A stretch of DNA of 64,000 bases, taken from positions 682,001 through 746,000 of the forward strand of contig RSEE01000002.1 of the NCBI GenBank assembly GCA_003971905.1. Reading direction: 5' to 3'. Below, piece after piece: positions 40,880 through 54,335 of this stretch; position 1 is the first letter of the stretch; every line of letters starts with the position of its first letter. The DNA comes from Moniliella sp. 'wahieum'. Its lineage: Eukaryota. Position numbers and translations under genes: made by a program. The notes under the pieces were generated by a model, which saw nothing but the letters and a program-made list of their open reading frames with translations, did not search any database and had not been told where the DNA came from.

Positions 40880-41435
40880 AATTGCTGGCCGACCTATGAA
40901 GCGCGAGTGTTGGAGGGTGGGATCGAGTGACATGGTGCGACGGCTGGTATGGTTTGGTCCCACCTGGGTTGGCATGGTTGGGCTTTGCCGAGGCACTGCC
41001 AGGGCATCGCGCACGAGCGTTAGTACCACGTCCCGAGGAAGAAATCCAGGTGACTTTAGCTCGTATCGGCACCGAGGCCACTCGCTATTCAGTTCAGCAC
41101 CTTGGTAGCTCGGCTGCATCCGCCGCGCATCAAGGTCATGGCGTAGGGGTGTCAACGTGGATTGATGACCATGCAACGTGCAACTGAGCCAAGCCTAGTT
41201 GGGCGTAAGCCTCCCCCGCTTCACGCAGATTTGTGTCAAGCTCGATGGCTTATCAATCGCATTTGCATCTACATGCCTATACTCGCTTTACAGTTGGGGC
41301 ATGGGCAGGATATGGCCAGATGATGAGGAGTATGTAGTGTCCAAAGGGAGGAGAGAGAAAGGGGGGAAACATATCCTGTAGCTGTGGGCGTAGCTAAGCG
41401 CTCACAGCTCACATGTGAGCTCACATGCCACATGC

Positions 41436-43659
41436 TCACACCACATCTTCCACATACGTTGCGGGGAAGATGCCCGTGCCGCCAGTGGGGTTGATGCCTT
41501 GGATCCAGCCGGGCGCAACATCCCGTCCGAGCGGGTCAACTCGACCTGATTGGCTTGCAACGACATCTCGTCGTCCGCACTGGCTTCAAAATCATACAAG
41601 GCCCGCACCCGGTCTCGGCTCGAGCCCGCGCCAGGCGAGCGGTCACCAGCACGTCTTCCAGTGCAAAGTCAACATACGCCGATGGGACCAAGCCCGCCTG
41701 CCCCCTCGTTGGATACCTTGGTCCAGCCCGTCTGCTCGTCGTCGGCAGTGACAAGCCACAGCGCCTCCCCCGCAGCCACACTCAGTTCGTCGGACCCGAG
41801 GCATCAAACGCATATAGCGCCCTGCCTTCGGTCCGCGGGGGAGAGGCGCACTGGGGGCGGCCATGGTGGGGGGGGTGGCACGGCGTGCGCGGGCACGGGC
41901 ACGGGGCTAGGGGAGAGGGAGAAGGAGGTGGTGGTTCGGCTAGGAGCAGAGGGCTTGGTGGACTGACGGCTGAGGGAACCAGAACCAGAAGCAGAACGAG
42001 AAGAGTAGGTGGAGCTGACCGTTGCCACGCGCGCCAGGCGCCTGATTTGCGTAGCGACTTGGGGCATTCGGGTGGTAGACGTAAGGAGCACTTGGCGTGG
42101 GCCGCAGCTCCGCACGATTGACACTGCACCGCTTGTTTGTTGATCCCCCAGACCGAGTTGGTACAAACGACACACGAGGTAGGAATCTTGAATGTGGTCG
42201 CCTTGAACGTGTGGGGACGAGCATCTTCCGGCACGTCGCCCCCCACCTCCACCAGCAACTCATCCTCTACCAACAAACACGATTCCTTCAGCTGCAAAAG
42301 CAACAACGGGTATTGCCTCTTCAACACGCCCTGCCAGATGGAACAAAAACCAGTCAGTCTGACCCCTTCCCCCCCCGACCCAGTCTCTCGCCAGAGTATC
42401 TTATCTTACCTGCAGCGCTTCGCCGTCCCGTACGGGGCCTTGGCCCAACTTGGCAGACAACGTCTACTCGCCCAGCGCCTGCTGCGTGCGCGGACTGATG
42501 TCCCTGAGCAATTGCCGCGCGCGAATCAGCCGGTTTCGAGCAAGGGATGCGCATCGGGCTCCACAACAAAGTCGGGCGTATCGTAAAACGTGGGGAAGGG
42601 CTCAAACTTCCACTGCTGTGGACCAGGCCAAGAGGTCTGGTTAAAACGAGCATAGAGCGCTTGGTCCTTGCTTGCATCAACACCGCCCACTGCTTTTTCC
42701 GTGTCGTCGACGTACCCCCTTGTCCGTTCGGCTAGGGTAAGAAAATGCTGGTTGGCTCGTTGCAGGCGACTGGTGAGATGTTCGGTGGTCAAGGACCAAA
42801 GACGTTGTAATCCCTAATGAATCCCCGCCAAGTCGTGTCAGTGGACCCTTACGCAGGATGAAAGGAAGAAAGGAAGGAGGGGAGGCAGGAGACAGAGCAA
42901 ACGTACATCCTCCAGCGACGGAATGGAATGGGCAAAGTAGTGCGCGCTAGCCTCATTGGCCACTGCAATGGCGACCAAAAATGCGTTTTTGGCATTCTTT
43001 TGGTCGAGTTCAGCGGCCGCTTGCTCTTCAAAGCCTTGTCGGACGATTTTTCATGCGCCTCCCGACGTTCAACACGAAGCCGCTGCGTCTCAAGGACTTG
43101 CGTCGCCTCGTCGTAGTCTGCTTCGCCTTGACCCGCTCGTCCCATTCTTGGTCCCGGTTGGTTTTGAGTTTGCGCTGAAAGTCCACGTGCTGGACCAGGT
43201 TTGGGTCAGTATCTCGTCCAGTTCGCCCGCCCCTCTCGCGAGCAAGGAACGTACCGCCTTGAGCAGACCATCGTCCTGGGACTGGATCCGGTTCAGATCA
43301 GCCACGACGCTGGTCAGTGCCTCGGCGAGGGCGTCGTGAGCAGTGGCAGAGGCCTCATGGTTGTCCAGCACTTTGGTTAAAAACGTCTGGAACGAGCTCT
43401 TGTTGCTGGGATCGGCGGCGTTCCAGGCAAGGTGGGGAGACGGACCAACGCACAGCTCACCCAGGCGGCGATCACGCTGGGTACGCGTCTTACGCACCAG
43501 CGCCTGGACCTTGGCAGCATGCTCGCGCTCAATGGCAGCGTATTCGTCCAGATGGCTGCCCAGGTCGCCGAGCTGGGCGATGTGCGCAGCGACAAAGGCA
43601 GCGAGCGGGTCAAAGTGGTCAGGGAGCACCTGCCCGAGCGCCACGGTTGGGTCCGGCAT
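41436..43659 (-). CDS. BZZ1: BZZ1-like F-BAR / C1 / tandem SH3 protein
   Basis: F-BAR start EYAAIEREHAAKVQAL, C1 domain HTFKATTFKIPTSCVVC...CQSCGAAAHAKC...EC, and SH3 domains RALYAFDAS...GLVPSAYV and RALYDFEASADDE...GIFPATYV. Likely introns near 42320-42410 and 42845-42905. Confidence 0.9.
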
Positions 43660-44087
43660 GGGGGAACGGGATGGAGGGGGATGGAGGGAGACGTGGGCAC
43701 CAGGCCTAGCAGCTGGATGGGAGCAACAGGCGAAGCGCAGCCAGCTCGCTGGCATCCATTCTCGGATCTCAGACTCAGATCCCAGCGCGCTCAGCCTCGC
43801 AGCGCTCCACTTGGATGGAGCGCAGTCGTCCATCGGCGCCGCCGGCAGTGTCAGCGTCACGCGTCACCAGTGAGGATTGCCAGATGTTGCAATGTTGCAA
43901 AACAGGTTGTGTTCAATGCAATTGTTCAGCCCCGCCCTCCAAGGTCGATGTAAGGTCGCGTCGCATGGCACATGCCACCAGCACGCGCAGTGCTTTCTGT
44001 TGGGCAGATCCAATGCGCTCTCCATCCACCCGCCGCCACCACCATCCACACCCTCCATCCACCATCCGCCGCCCATCCCAAGGGTAA

Positions 44088-46049
44088 ATGCCATGCTCCA
44101 GCGACGCCTCCCACGTCTCGTCCAGCTGGTTCGACCATCTCTCCCTCGGCCACCACCGCCATCCCCACACGTCCCCTCCGCATCCCCGCCAACCGCATCC
44201 TCCTCCTCCTCCCCAGCAGCACCGCCACCCGAACGGGCCCCCATCCTCAGCGCAGGCTTCTGCACCCCCTCCCTCCCCACCAACCCACCGGCTTCGTCCA
44301 TACGTTCCCCTCAGTCTCCTCCCCTCCCTTGAGTGCCGCTTCGCCCTCCCATCCCGCGTCCCCCCTCCCAACGTGCCGGTCCTGTGCCAAAAGGCACGCC
44401 AAGTGCAAAAAGTTGGTGCGTGAACTGGCTGCATTGGATGCCAAGGCGCAACAGTACCAGAAACTTGGCCGATGCAAAAGCCAATGAAGCTGCTGCTCAG
44501 GAAGAAACCGCCGTGCTCAAGCCCAAGCCCGAGAAGCAGAGAAGAATGCCGATACGGCGCAGCCGACGCCCAGAGTGCATATAAGCGTGCTGAGGCGGCG
44601 GAGCGCAAACTGAACCAACTGCAAACAGCCTGGGCCGAGATGCGCGCGTTGATGAAAAGACACAAAGAAGAAGCTACCACACCAAACCAAGACGTGTCCG
44701 CCGCGCCCCCTCCTACACATACCTCCCCAATACCGGGGCCACGCCGTGAACGTGACCCAGATTCCTCCTCCCTATGCTTGTCGAAGTCTACCGGTCCCCC
44801 GCCCATTGAACCGTTCAGAGCAGGTCAACATCTCCAGATGCGTCCACGAGTTTGGATGCCAAAACCGATACGGCGCGAAAGGCAAACACCTCCATCCGCT
44901 CTCGGCTTCAACGAAAAGGGAGGCCTGTCCAGCCCGCAGCCCGCTCCGGTGGACGCACCGTTTTCCTCCAAGTCGCCAATTCGTCTTGAATCTCTCGCCG
45001 CCCTCTCCTCTGCGGGAACGTCACCCTCGTATAAGGTAACGACATCCGCCCACATCAATGTGGCTGAAGCGAGACAACGACTGCCTCTCCCCATCATCCG
45101 CCCTTATCGTTAAAGGACGCCGCCCCACGCGCGCGCCTGACTCTAGCCCGAAGAAAGCGGTGAAGAGGGAAGCTACTGACGTCCAGGGTTCCAACAAACT
45201 CAGCCGCCCCTCCAAACGGCCATGCCCCGACGGCCTTGCTCTGGACTCATCTAACGCAACCCACCTCCCTGCTACTACCACCCTTGGGCCCCAACCTCCG
45301 CCTCCCTCTACTACCTACAGAGTGACCAGGCTAACCGCCAATGATTCCGCTGATAGCCCCAGAGAGGCCATGGGGTACTACGCCCGCTCACAGGGATCGT
45401 CAAAAACGGAACCAAACGTGCCTGTCCATAGACCTACCCGTCCACGCTGTCCATCCGTTCCGTTCGAACGACCAAGCGCCCGCCGCCTCCCGAAAGCCCC
45501 CATGCCCCTCCCCTGCCGCGCCCGGCGTATCCAACTCTCGCCCCCGTCACGCTCGGTACCTCGATGCGCCCGGCGGGACAACTGTCCGTATACCGTAAAC
45601 TCCAGATGGCCCACCCCGATCACGAGAGGCACGCTTCGACTCCAGAGCGGGTGCGATGGTGAGCACCGATGTGGTGCGCAACCGTTCGGAACGGCGGCGG
45701 ATGATTGGCATGGACTGTGCGTGTTGCTCAGAGGTGCGTACTGGCTGCCCCCCAACCAGGTGGTTCCCCTGCGTTTCCGTTTCGCTCTACCATCCAACAA
45801 CTAACTGTGCCAGGACAACGTGACCAGTATTGGGAATCCAAGCGACGCTCGTTATTAGCTTGGCATAAGGGCGACGCAGCCAAAGCCGATGAGGAGTTAC
45901 GGTCATTTATGCATGCCACCTCACGCCACCGTGTTCACCAAGTTCCCGTGGCGGAAGAGGAACGGTGTGAGCCGATTGGCTTTGCTGGCGAGACGCAATG
46001 GCTGCTCGGCCAAGTGGGTTCAAGCGACGAACTGAAGCGCGCAACGTAA
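44088..46049 (+). CDS. SAE2: SAE2/CtIP/Ctp1 DNA end-resection factor
   Basis: N-terminal coiled coil (LVRELAALDAKAQQYQKL, AERKLNQLQTAWAEMRAL). C-terminal VVRNRSERRRMIGMDCACCSE|YW (CxxC, intron 45734-45827), then SRHR...IGF..TQ. Start uncertain. Confidence 0.82.
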
Positions 46050-46410
46050 TGGCGTGATCCGATCCTTCTCCCCTCTTGTTTGTCCTATTATATGAGGAGC
46101 CTGCTAAACCCACGGCCACCCGATGCTGCTACTACACCTGCCCCGCTTAATTGACGGAACCCCACCTAATCTTGATCTGCATTCTTTGCTTCTTAAACCT
46201 ATAAAGAGCCAACCTATCCCACCCTTTCTACAAAAACACTCCAACAAGCGCATATGGTGCATGCTCGCACCCTTAACTATACAATCACAGGAAAAGGAAA
46301 AGAAGGCCGCAAATGAGAGAGGGGGGGGGGGTTAAAATCAACAGAGGAAAGATGTTCCACTCCCTTCTTCACCTTCTCCAACTCCAATCAGCTCGTCCAC
46401 GGATACCCGA

Positions 46411-47747
<1,337 letters not shown>

Positions 47748-47861
47748 GGTGATAATGGTCCGAGCAGCACAGACGGCGGAGAGAGGAAAAGGAAGAGGGG
47801 GAGAGAGGGCGGTGGGCTGGTTTGCGCAAGAAAACAGGGGAAGGCGGGTGAGGCCGTGGTG

Positions 47862-47870
47862 TTTATATAG
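47862..47870 (-). promoter_or_regulatory. Putative TATA box of MET17
   Basis: CTATATAAA about 115 bp upstream of the ATG, followed by a pyrimidine-rich leader. Confidence 0.5.
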
Positions 47871-49120
47871 CACGTCAGGGTGGCTCGGCTGCTGCTGCAG
47901 GCGGTTGGACCTTGCGCCCACCCACGCAAGCGAAAGATGTGGATCAACGATCACACATCCAAGCAGGGCGAGGCACCGGCAGTGGCGCGGCATTCGTCAG
48001 TGCTGTGTCCGTGTCCTGGCAGAGTGTGACTCGGTCCCCAGCTGAAAATAAACACTTTGCGTAGTATGACAACAGCATTAGTACGTACTCGTCGTATCAC
48101 AGGACTCATACTGCTCGCACTGGTCACTATCATACGGGCACTACGGTCACTTGCCCCGTTCCTATACGCGATTCCGACTGGCTGTGGGCCTGGCAGCAGC
48201 AGCACTGACCGGATCCGACCTGGCTGGCGGGGCTGGAGACCGGCTTGAGCCGTCGAGTTGGGTGGGCAGGCGACAAGAAGTGGGGACAGGGACAGTCGGG
48301 AGAAGCGGAAGGCCTGAGGGGGTGCTGAATCATCGACCAGTCACCGGCACCGCGCGATTAGGCGTGCTGGCTGGGCTGGCAAGCGGGCGGGGGGCGGTGT
48401 GGGATTCTGAGCTCTGAGCGAGCGGAGGGGGCGATGCCTTCTTGCGTCATCGCCTTGTGGGAGCACGGCGGCGGGTGGACGGACTTATACGTGACGCTAC
48501 GCATCAGGTGCAGGTGTCCGACTGGAAGCTTCCAGCGGGCGATTTGCATCGCGCCAAGCAGCAGGCGTCGGGCACGAAGCGCACGTGAAGCCGCCAACTC
48601 GAAGCCCGCCGCGGACAGGGGCGCGGCGGAGTGTCTGCGGTTGGCCACGGAGGCATCGCAGGCAGAGCAGGGTGGCTTCGGCTCGCCAGCGTGGTCCTCC
48701 ACTGCTCGGGTGGGTGGTTGGGCTCAGCCTCATGCAACCAGCACACACTGCCCCCCTGCCGCCACAGCTACATTTCATTGTTGCACTAGCACGTGCTTGC
48801 GCTGGCTGATTGCCCTGGTTTGTCCGCCCATGCCATGACGACTGCCGCTGACGATATTGATGCCGTGCCGAGCACAGAGTGCTCCCATCTGGTCGGAGCC
48901 ATTCCGTCGGCCTTGTCCGTAGGTCCGTCGCAGGGGGCGGTGGGCCCACCGCCCTCTCTCTCTGCAAACCCCGCCGTTGCCCCACCGCCCCTCTGGCGTG
49001 TGTCGGGACCGGAGTACTCAACTTGAGTCCAACTGAGTAGTACCATTCGAAAAAAGGTGTTTGGGTGTTTGGGGTTGCTTCCATTGTTTCCCACCAGCCA
49101 AGCGCCTGTGAGCGGCGCGG

Positions 49121-49147
49121 GTTTGGCTAGGTTTGGCTAGGTTTGGC
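49121..49147. repeat. 10-bp tandem repeat (GTTTGGCTAG)x2.7
   Basis: gtttggctag gtttggctag gtttggc. Confidence 0.85.
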
Positions 49148-49420
49148 CCCACCTTTGCCCTGTTCCCCCATTTCATCTCTCGATCTCACCCTTTTACCGT
49201 TCTTGGTTAGATCTTCCCGGTTACCGGTTACCATCCAGCAGCACCACAACCCTGTCGCACCGATGCTTGCCAGTGCGTCATACATCAGCACGGAGGCTCA
49301 GCGCTGGCTGAGCTCAGCGCTCCCGGCCTGAGCCCAACAAGCCAAGCCGACCATCGTTGGCATCATCAGATCTCCTCCCATCCTCCCATCGCAGAACTCT
49401 ACCAACGTATCCGCCCTCGG

Positions 49421-49480
49421 CATCAGTACGACTCCGTACGCATCAGTACGCATCAGTACGCCTCAGTACGCCTCAGTACA
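49421..49480. repeat. 10-bp tandem repeat (CMTCAGTACG)x6
   Basis: catcagtacg actccgtacg catcagtacg catcagtacg cctcagtacg cctcagtaca. Confidence 0.9.
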
Positions 49481-49800
49481 GTACCCTCAAACTACAACCT
49501 CCCCTTCTTGCCTACGCTGCGCTTCATGCACCAATGCCGGTATTGAATGACGCGCACGGACGTTGCGATGGATGGATATCCATTGATAAACCCGAGTGCC
49601 GAGAGATGGGGGTGGGGGTGGTATACGGCAACCGCCTACTCCGACTTGTCATTTGTGCTACTACGCCTTGAGACCTTCTGCAGGTGCTACCGCGGCTTCC
49701 TCTGCAACACATGGATCCGCGATCGGTAGTCAGCTCAAACGTCAGTACCACAGTGTTCAGCGCTCACGTGAGAACGCGCGCACACAACCCAAGGCAGCTA

Positions 49801-50331
49801 CTACGTACCGTGCAAGAAGGCCATGATCATCCTGGGCGAGGGAAAGAAAGGTGTTAGTATATCGATCTTGGGTGGAGCACTGAGGACACTTTCAAACCCG
49901 AAACCAAACGAGGAATGAGAGGCCAAGCAAGCGAGAGTGTACATACCGGTAGAGACAGTAGAAGAACATGAGCAGGTAGAAGCCCAGCTTGAAAAAGGCT
50001 GCTTTCTTGTACTGGGGCAGGGTGCGGAAGATCTCGGTGGCATCGAGCTTGGCGGATCCAGAACGGTACTTGAGTGCATTGTACACCAGCAGGGGCAGGT
50101 TGAGCACGAACGGCGTCAACTGTCCCGAAAGCAGGTACAGGAGGGTCATTGTGGCGTGAACCAGCATCTCGGGTCCAACAAAGGCCAACGGTTGACCTTG
50201 GCACAAAGGTCAATGGGATTGATGTAGTCGCACTCGAGGTCCGAGAACATGATGACGTAGAACACCATCGTGAACATCAGCCCGGCGGAAACCAGGATAC
50301 CGAGGATAAAAAGCCCCGCCTCCCACGACAT
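49801..50331 (-). CDS. ERV14: Cornichon-family ER cargo receptor Erv14
   Basis: MVFYVIMFSDLECDYINPIDLC, LNLPLLVYN and LDATEIFRTL...KLGFYLLMFFYCLYR|MIMAFL. Intron 49832-49946. Confidence 0.95.
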
Positions 50332-50578
50332 CTTGATCAAGGCTGAAGAGAGCTCGCACAGAGAAGGAGGCAGCGGGGCGAGAAGGCGCAGGACCGCCCC
50401 CAAACCAAGCGGCCTGGCCAGGTATGGGTTGAGAAGTGGCACCACCAGCGGAATTAGCGATGCGAACTTCCGCTGGTCGGGGTTATTGGCAACCGAGCGC
50501 ACGCCCCCACCCGAGTGAGTGCCTGCTGCCGGTTACCCGCCGCCACCTCCACCTCCCCCTGCGTCGCTCTCCCTCTTC

Positions 50579-51174
50579 ATGCCGCCGCCGACGCAACAGT
50601 TTCTGGTCCCATCAGCGCTCCCCAAACCGTAGAGGCGGTTCCCCTACCCCATGCGTTGTCTCCCGATGTGGCAGCCAAGTACCGTGGCGGTAGTGGAGGA
50701 CATGCAGCCTGGGCCGGCCATGTGTGTGTTTCGGGATGCGACGATTGACCGGGCGCTGATGGTGGCACACGACCACGACTATAGCCAATTGCCGCTTGTT
50801 TCCAAGGATCGGAAGTTGTTGGGGTACGTGGACGTGGGACAATTGCAAGCCCGTGTTCAGGCCGGGCAGTCCCAGCCCTCTGACCGCGTCGATTCGGCAA
50901 TGATCAAGTTCCACACCCCCTCAGGTGGCAAGAGCAAGTACCACGTTATAACACCCCAAACGGATCTGGATGATCTGGAAGGTACGTTGTCGTGATGGGT
51001 ACGCTTAGTAGCGGTAGAGAGGGGAGTGGCAAGGCTGACTGGTTCGGCAGAGTTTCTCAAGTCCCAGCCATTTGCCTTTGTCACGGATGGGGGGCGGTCG
51101 TTTGTGCTGGGTGTGGTGACGCGGGATTGGACAAGTGGGTGGAGCGGAGGAGTGGGGCAAGTGTGTTGGGAAGG
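50579..51174 (+). CDS. Small CBS-domain protein; appears to continue into TAF10
   Basis: KYRG..VEDMQPGPA, AHDHDYSQLPLVSKDRKLLGYVD and VITPQTDLDDLE|EFLKSQPFAFVTDGGRSFVLGVVT. Intron 50982-51050. Confidence 0.8.
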
Positions 51175-51585
51175 ATGGTGAGAGAGACGGAGAATCCAGT
51201 ACTAGCCCAACGTACCGAGGAAGGAGCGCGCAAGAACCGGTCTGTGACCGAGCTGGTGCAAGCGCTTGACGACTATTCCCCACTCATTCCCGACAAGGTG
51301 GCCGACGTTTACCTCGAACGTGCCGGATTGGAGTGCGACGACCTACGCCTCAAGCGCCTCCTCTCGCTTGCAGCGGAAAAGTTTGTATCGGACATTGCGG
51401 AAGATGCGTTCCTTTATGCCCGAATCCGGTCCAATGCCGGGCCAGGCGGGAAGGGCGAACCGACCCAACCACCCTCGGATGCTGCGCCACGCCACCGTAC
51501 CCGTCCTGTTCTCACCATGGATGATCTTAGCGCCGCTTTGGCCGAGTGGGGCGTAAATGCGCGCCGGGCTGATTCTTTCCGCTGA
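51175..51585 (+). CDS. TAF10: TFIID/SAGA subunit TAF10
   Basis: LDDYSPLIPDKVADVYLERAGLECDDLRLKRLLSLAAEKFVSDIAEDAFLYARIR...VLTMDDLSAALAEWGVN, the TAF10 histone-fold pattern. Confidence 0.93.
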   Translation: MVRETENPVLAQRTEEGARKNRSVTELVQALDDYSPLIPDKVADVYLERAGLECDDLRLKRLLSLAAEKFVSDIAEDAFLYARIRSNAGPGGKGEPTQPPSDAAPRHRTRPVLTMDDLSAALAEWGVNARRADSFR

Positions 51586-51961
51586 CCACCCTCGCTTGTC
51601 CTTCTCTCTTGTTCTGCACTTTGAAGACTCCATCCATGGTCTGCCATACAGGGCCATTGCTGCGCATGGACAAGAAGATAGCACGTGGAGGGGATTAGAA
51701 AAGACCAAGCCATCACCAAAACAGCCCTGAGTGCGTATAACCATCACCCAAGTGGACGTGTGTAAATGTGCGCTTGGTACGACGAGCGAGCAGACGAGCC
51801 AGAAACGTTGAACATGAATAAACGCAACGCAAATTAATACAAAAATAAATTAAAATTAAAAGAGCGCCAGGCTTCTTCTGAGGGTCGCCACAAGGGGTGC
51901 TTACGCTGAACGAACGGGCCACGGAGGAAGCTGGTAGGTCTCCACCAAGCTAGACTCCTCC

Positions 51962-52436
51962 ATGTGGCCATTTGGAAGCAGCAAGAACAGCGCCAAAGAC
52001 GCTGGTGGTGGTGTTGACACGGAGGCACGTGCGCCAACGCGCTCCCAGAGGAAAGCATGCTGGGACAGACGCGATGCCTATTTTGCCTGCCTCGACAAGA
52101 ACTCCATCGTCTTCCCCCCCGGCCTGGACCCGGTGGAGGATCGAAGCCGAGTGTCGAAGGAGAAGCTGGCGGAGATTGACTTCCATCTCAAGGAAGAGCT
52201 AGACAACGACCCGTGCACCAAGCTACGCACCAAGTACGAAGGTGCCTGCTCGCAGTCATGGGTACGTCGCTTTGTTCTTCTCATGTGCTCTGACGACATG
52301 CTCCTAACGCATGGGCCCGGGACAGATCACCTACTTCAACAACCGGAGAGTCAACCTGGAGCGGCAAAAACGCGCGATGAAAAAGGCCGCCGAGACGGGT
52401 GGGACGGTGATGAACTCCCCCATGTCCGGTTTGTGA
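51962..52436 (+). CDS. COA6: Cytochrome c oxidase assembly factor Coa6 (COX6B family)
   Basis: APTRSQRKACWDRRDAYFACLD...C-x10-C-SQSW|ITYFNNRR. Intron 52262-52325 splices in frame to a stop at 52434. Confidence 0.88.
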
Positions 52437-52604
52437 AGCGAAGGCCAATTCTGGTGGCCCTCGGTTTGCCCTCCTCCCCTAGGAGGTATTGTGATAGTAA
52501 GGGAACACCAATCCTCACCAGGGCAGAGATGAGCTATCAACGTGGCATTGCGATGCTGAGACCAAAATTATAGACAGATGGGTATGTGCGGACGAGTCAA
52601 CCGG

Positions 52605-54335
52605 TCAAGTAGAGTCAAGACTGCCACCGATCCGGCTTTGGGTACGAGTGGAAGCTGGAACGCTGTCTAGCTGGAACGCGGGGACCAAAGTGGTCAACAG
52701 GACAAATATGGCGTTTTGGATCTCGATGAGGTGCCCAAGCAAGGTGTGCAGCTGAGTGGGACTCAAGCTGTTCGGAACAGTGCTACTTGAAGGAGGCCCT
52801 GTTTTGCTCAGCCCCGAGGGGGACGAAGAATAGGACCAGGTTATGCCGAGAGACGATGGTGCACAGTGGGAAATACCAAGGAAAGGTGGATGAGCCAGTG
52901 CTTCTCCCTCTGTACAGGTAGGGGAGATGCCATTAATGAAGCGTACAGCGGCTTTGCGCAATGACGAGGCGATATTGACCTCTCGGGGCGCATTGACCGC
53001 AACAAACTGAATGTAGATATCGAGGGCTTTCTCGAAAGCTGCTGATGGTGGGCGTGTAGCTCGCCTTCGGGGTCCAGGGAGAGTGTGGTAGGAAGAGAAG
53101 GTGAAAATGGCTTAAGTCGATACCAAGGTCGGGCCAAACGCTGGCCTGCATCAGAATGCTGGGACGGTCTCGGTAGATCCGGTCCTGAGGCCAAGGCAAA
53201 AGCAGAGGTAAAGCTGTGATACTGCCGACGCAGACCATCCATGTCAAGCCAAAATGCCAGATTCTCCTCGGCATGCTGGGTGCGGAGAAAACGACGAAAG
53301 AGAGCAACCTGAGTAGGGTCATGCAAGATTTGCCTTAGCTGCTCTTGTTTGGAACCACTCCACTCCAGTAGTTCAACCTCGCTAGTCTCTGAAGCGGACG
53401 TTTCCTCGAGCGACATGGGGTAAGCGAGCATTCGACCCAATTGGGTCAATTTGTAGAAGACCCGCGCATGTCGTACAAATCGCAACCGGTCCACATCATG
53501 TGAGTCCGGTGAAGGCGAAGTCAATGAGCTCACCCACTCTTCCCGTCCTTCTGCTCCGGCATCGTCAAGACAAAGCTCTACCCATCGCCTCTCAAAAAGT
53601 AGAGGAAAACGTGGCCAGCTTCAGCAAAAGTGTTTACCGTTGAATGGTTCAACAGCCAAGCCGCTGCGTCCAAGCCGCAAAAACAATGCGTGCAGCGTAC
53701 CAACTGATCAGGGGACTGTATTTCTAGATCCTGCATATGGACGCCTTTCTGGTGCACATTCACGCGTTGTGGAAGAAGCTTGTTGTACCGTATGGAAGCA
53801 TCAGATGAAGTAGGTGCAGCACCAGCAAAGTGACGAAAAAGAGTTTCCATGAATGGGCCGGCCAAGCTGAGGCTGTCATCCCTCTCCCTACGGGGGAAGT
53901 GAAAGAGATGGATTGGGGGGCCGTGGTACTGCTGGAAAAAGCTTGTGCTCATCCCATTTGCCAACATAAACTCCTGGACGACGCAGACGCCTTTGGTGAC
54001 AGTACCAATATTCCTCGACCCTCTCGTATGTGGGCCATGGAACGCGGGTCATGGGCATGGTGGATAAGCTGGGCATCCAGCATAACCTGCAGCATCTCTA
54101 GCCCCTGCGTACGCGAAAAGTGGAACGCTTTGGTAGTCGCCACCACAACCGTTCGAGTGGGATTGCTAGTGCTCGGGCGGCGCTCTGTGTGGCAAAGCTG
54201 AAGTGAGGCCATGTTGTCCAATGCCTCGTCCGGAGTGAATGAGTTGGCGTAAGTACGGAAGTTGCGCTTGTGCTGGCGTAAATCGAGCGAAGCAATCAGG
54301 GTGGAAAATAGCTCGAACAGGCTCTGTAAGGTCAA
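52605..54335 (-). CDS. RGS protein with DEP domains (FlbA/Sst2/Rgs1 type)
   Basis: LFSTLIASLDLRQHKRNFRTYANSF, LSPKG.., ERDDSL...LFRHFAG, HCFCGLDAAAWLL and RGS box LRQILHDP...LFRRFLRTQHAEENLAFWLD. The first exon lies upstream of 54335 and was not resolved. Confidence 0.88.

Noticed and set aside
48442..48450. CYS-3/MetR-like bZIP site (ATGACGCAA) upstream of MET17
   Set aside because: Single imperfect match about 700 bp upstream; not distinguishable from chance.
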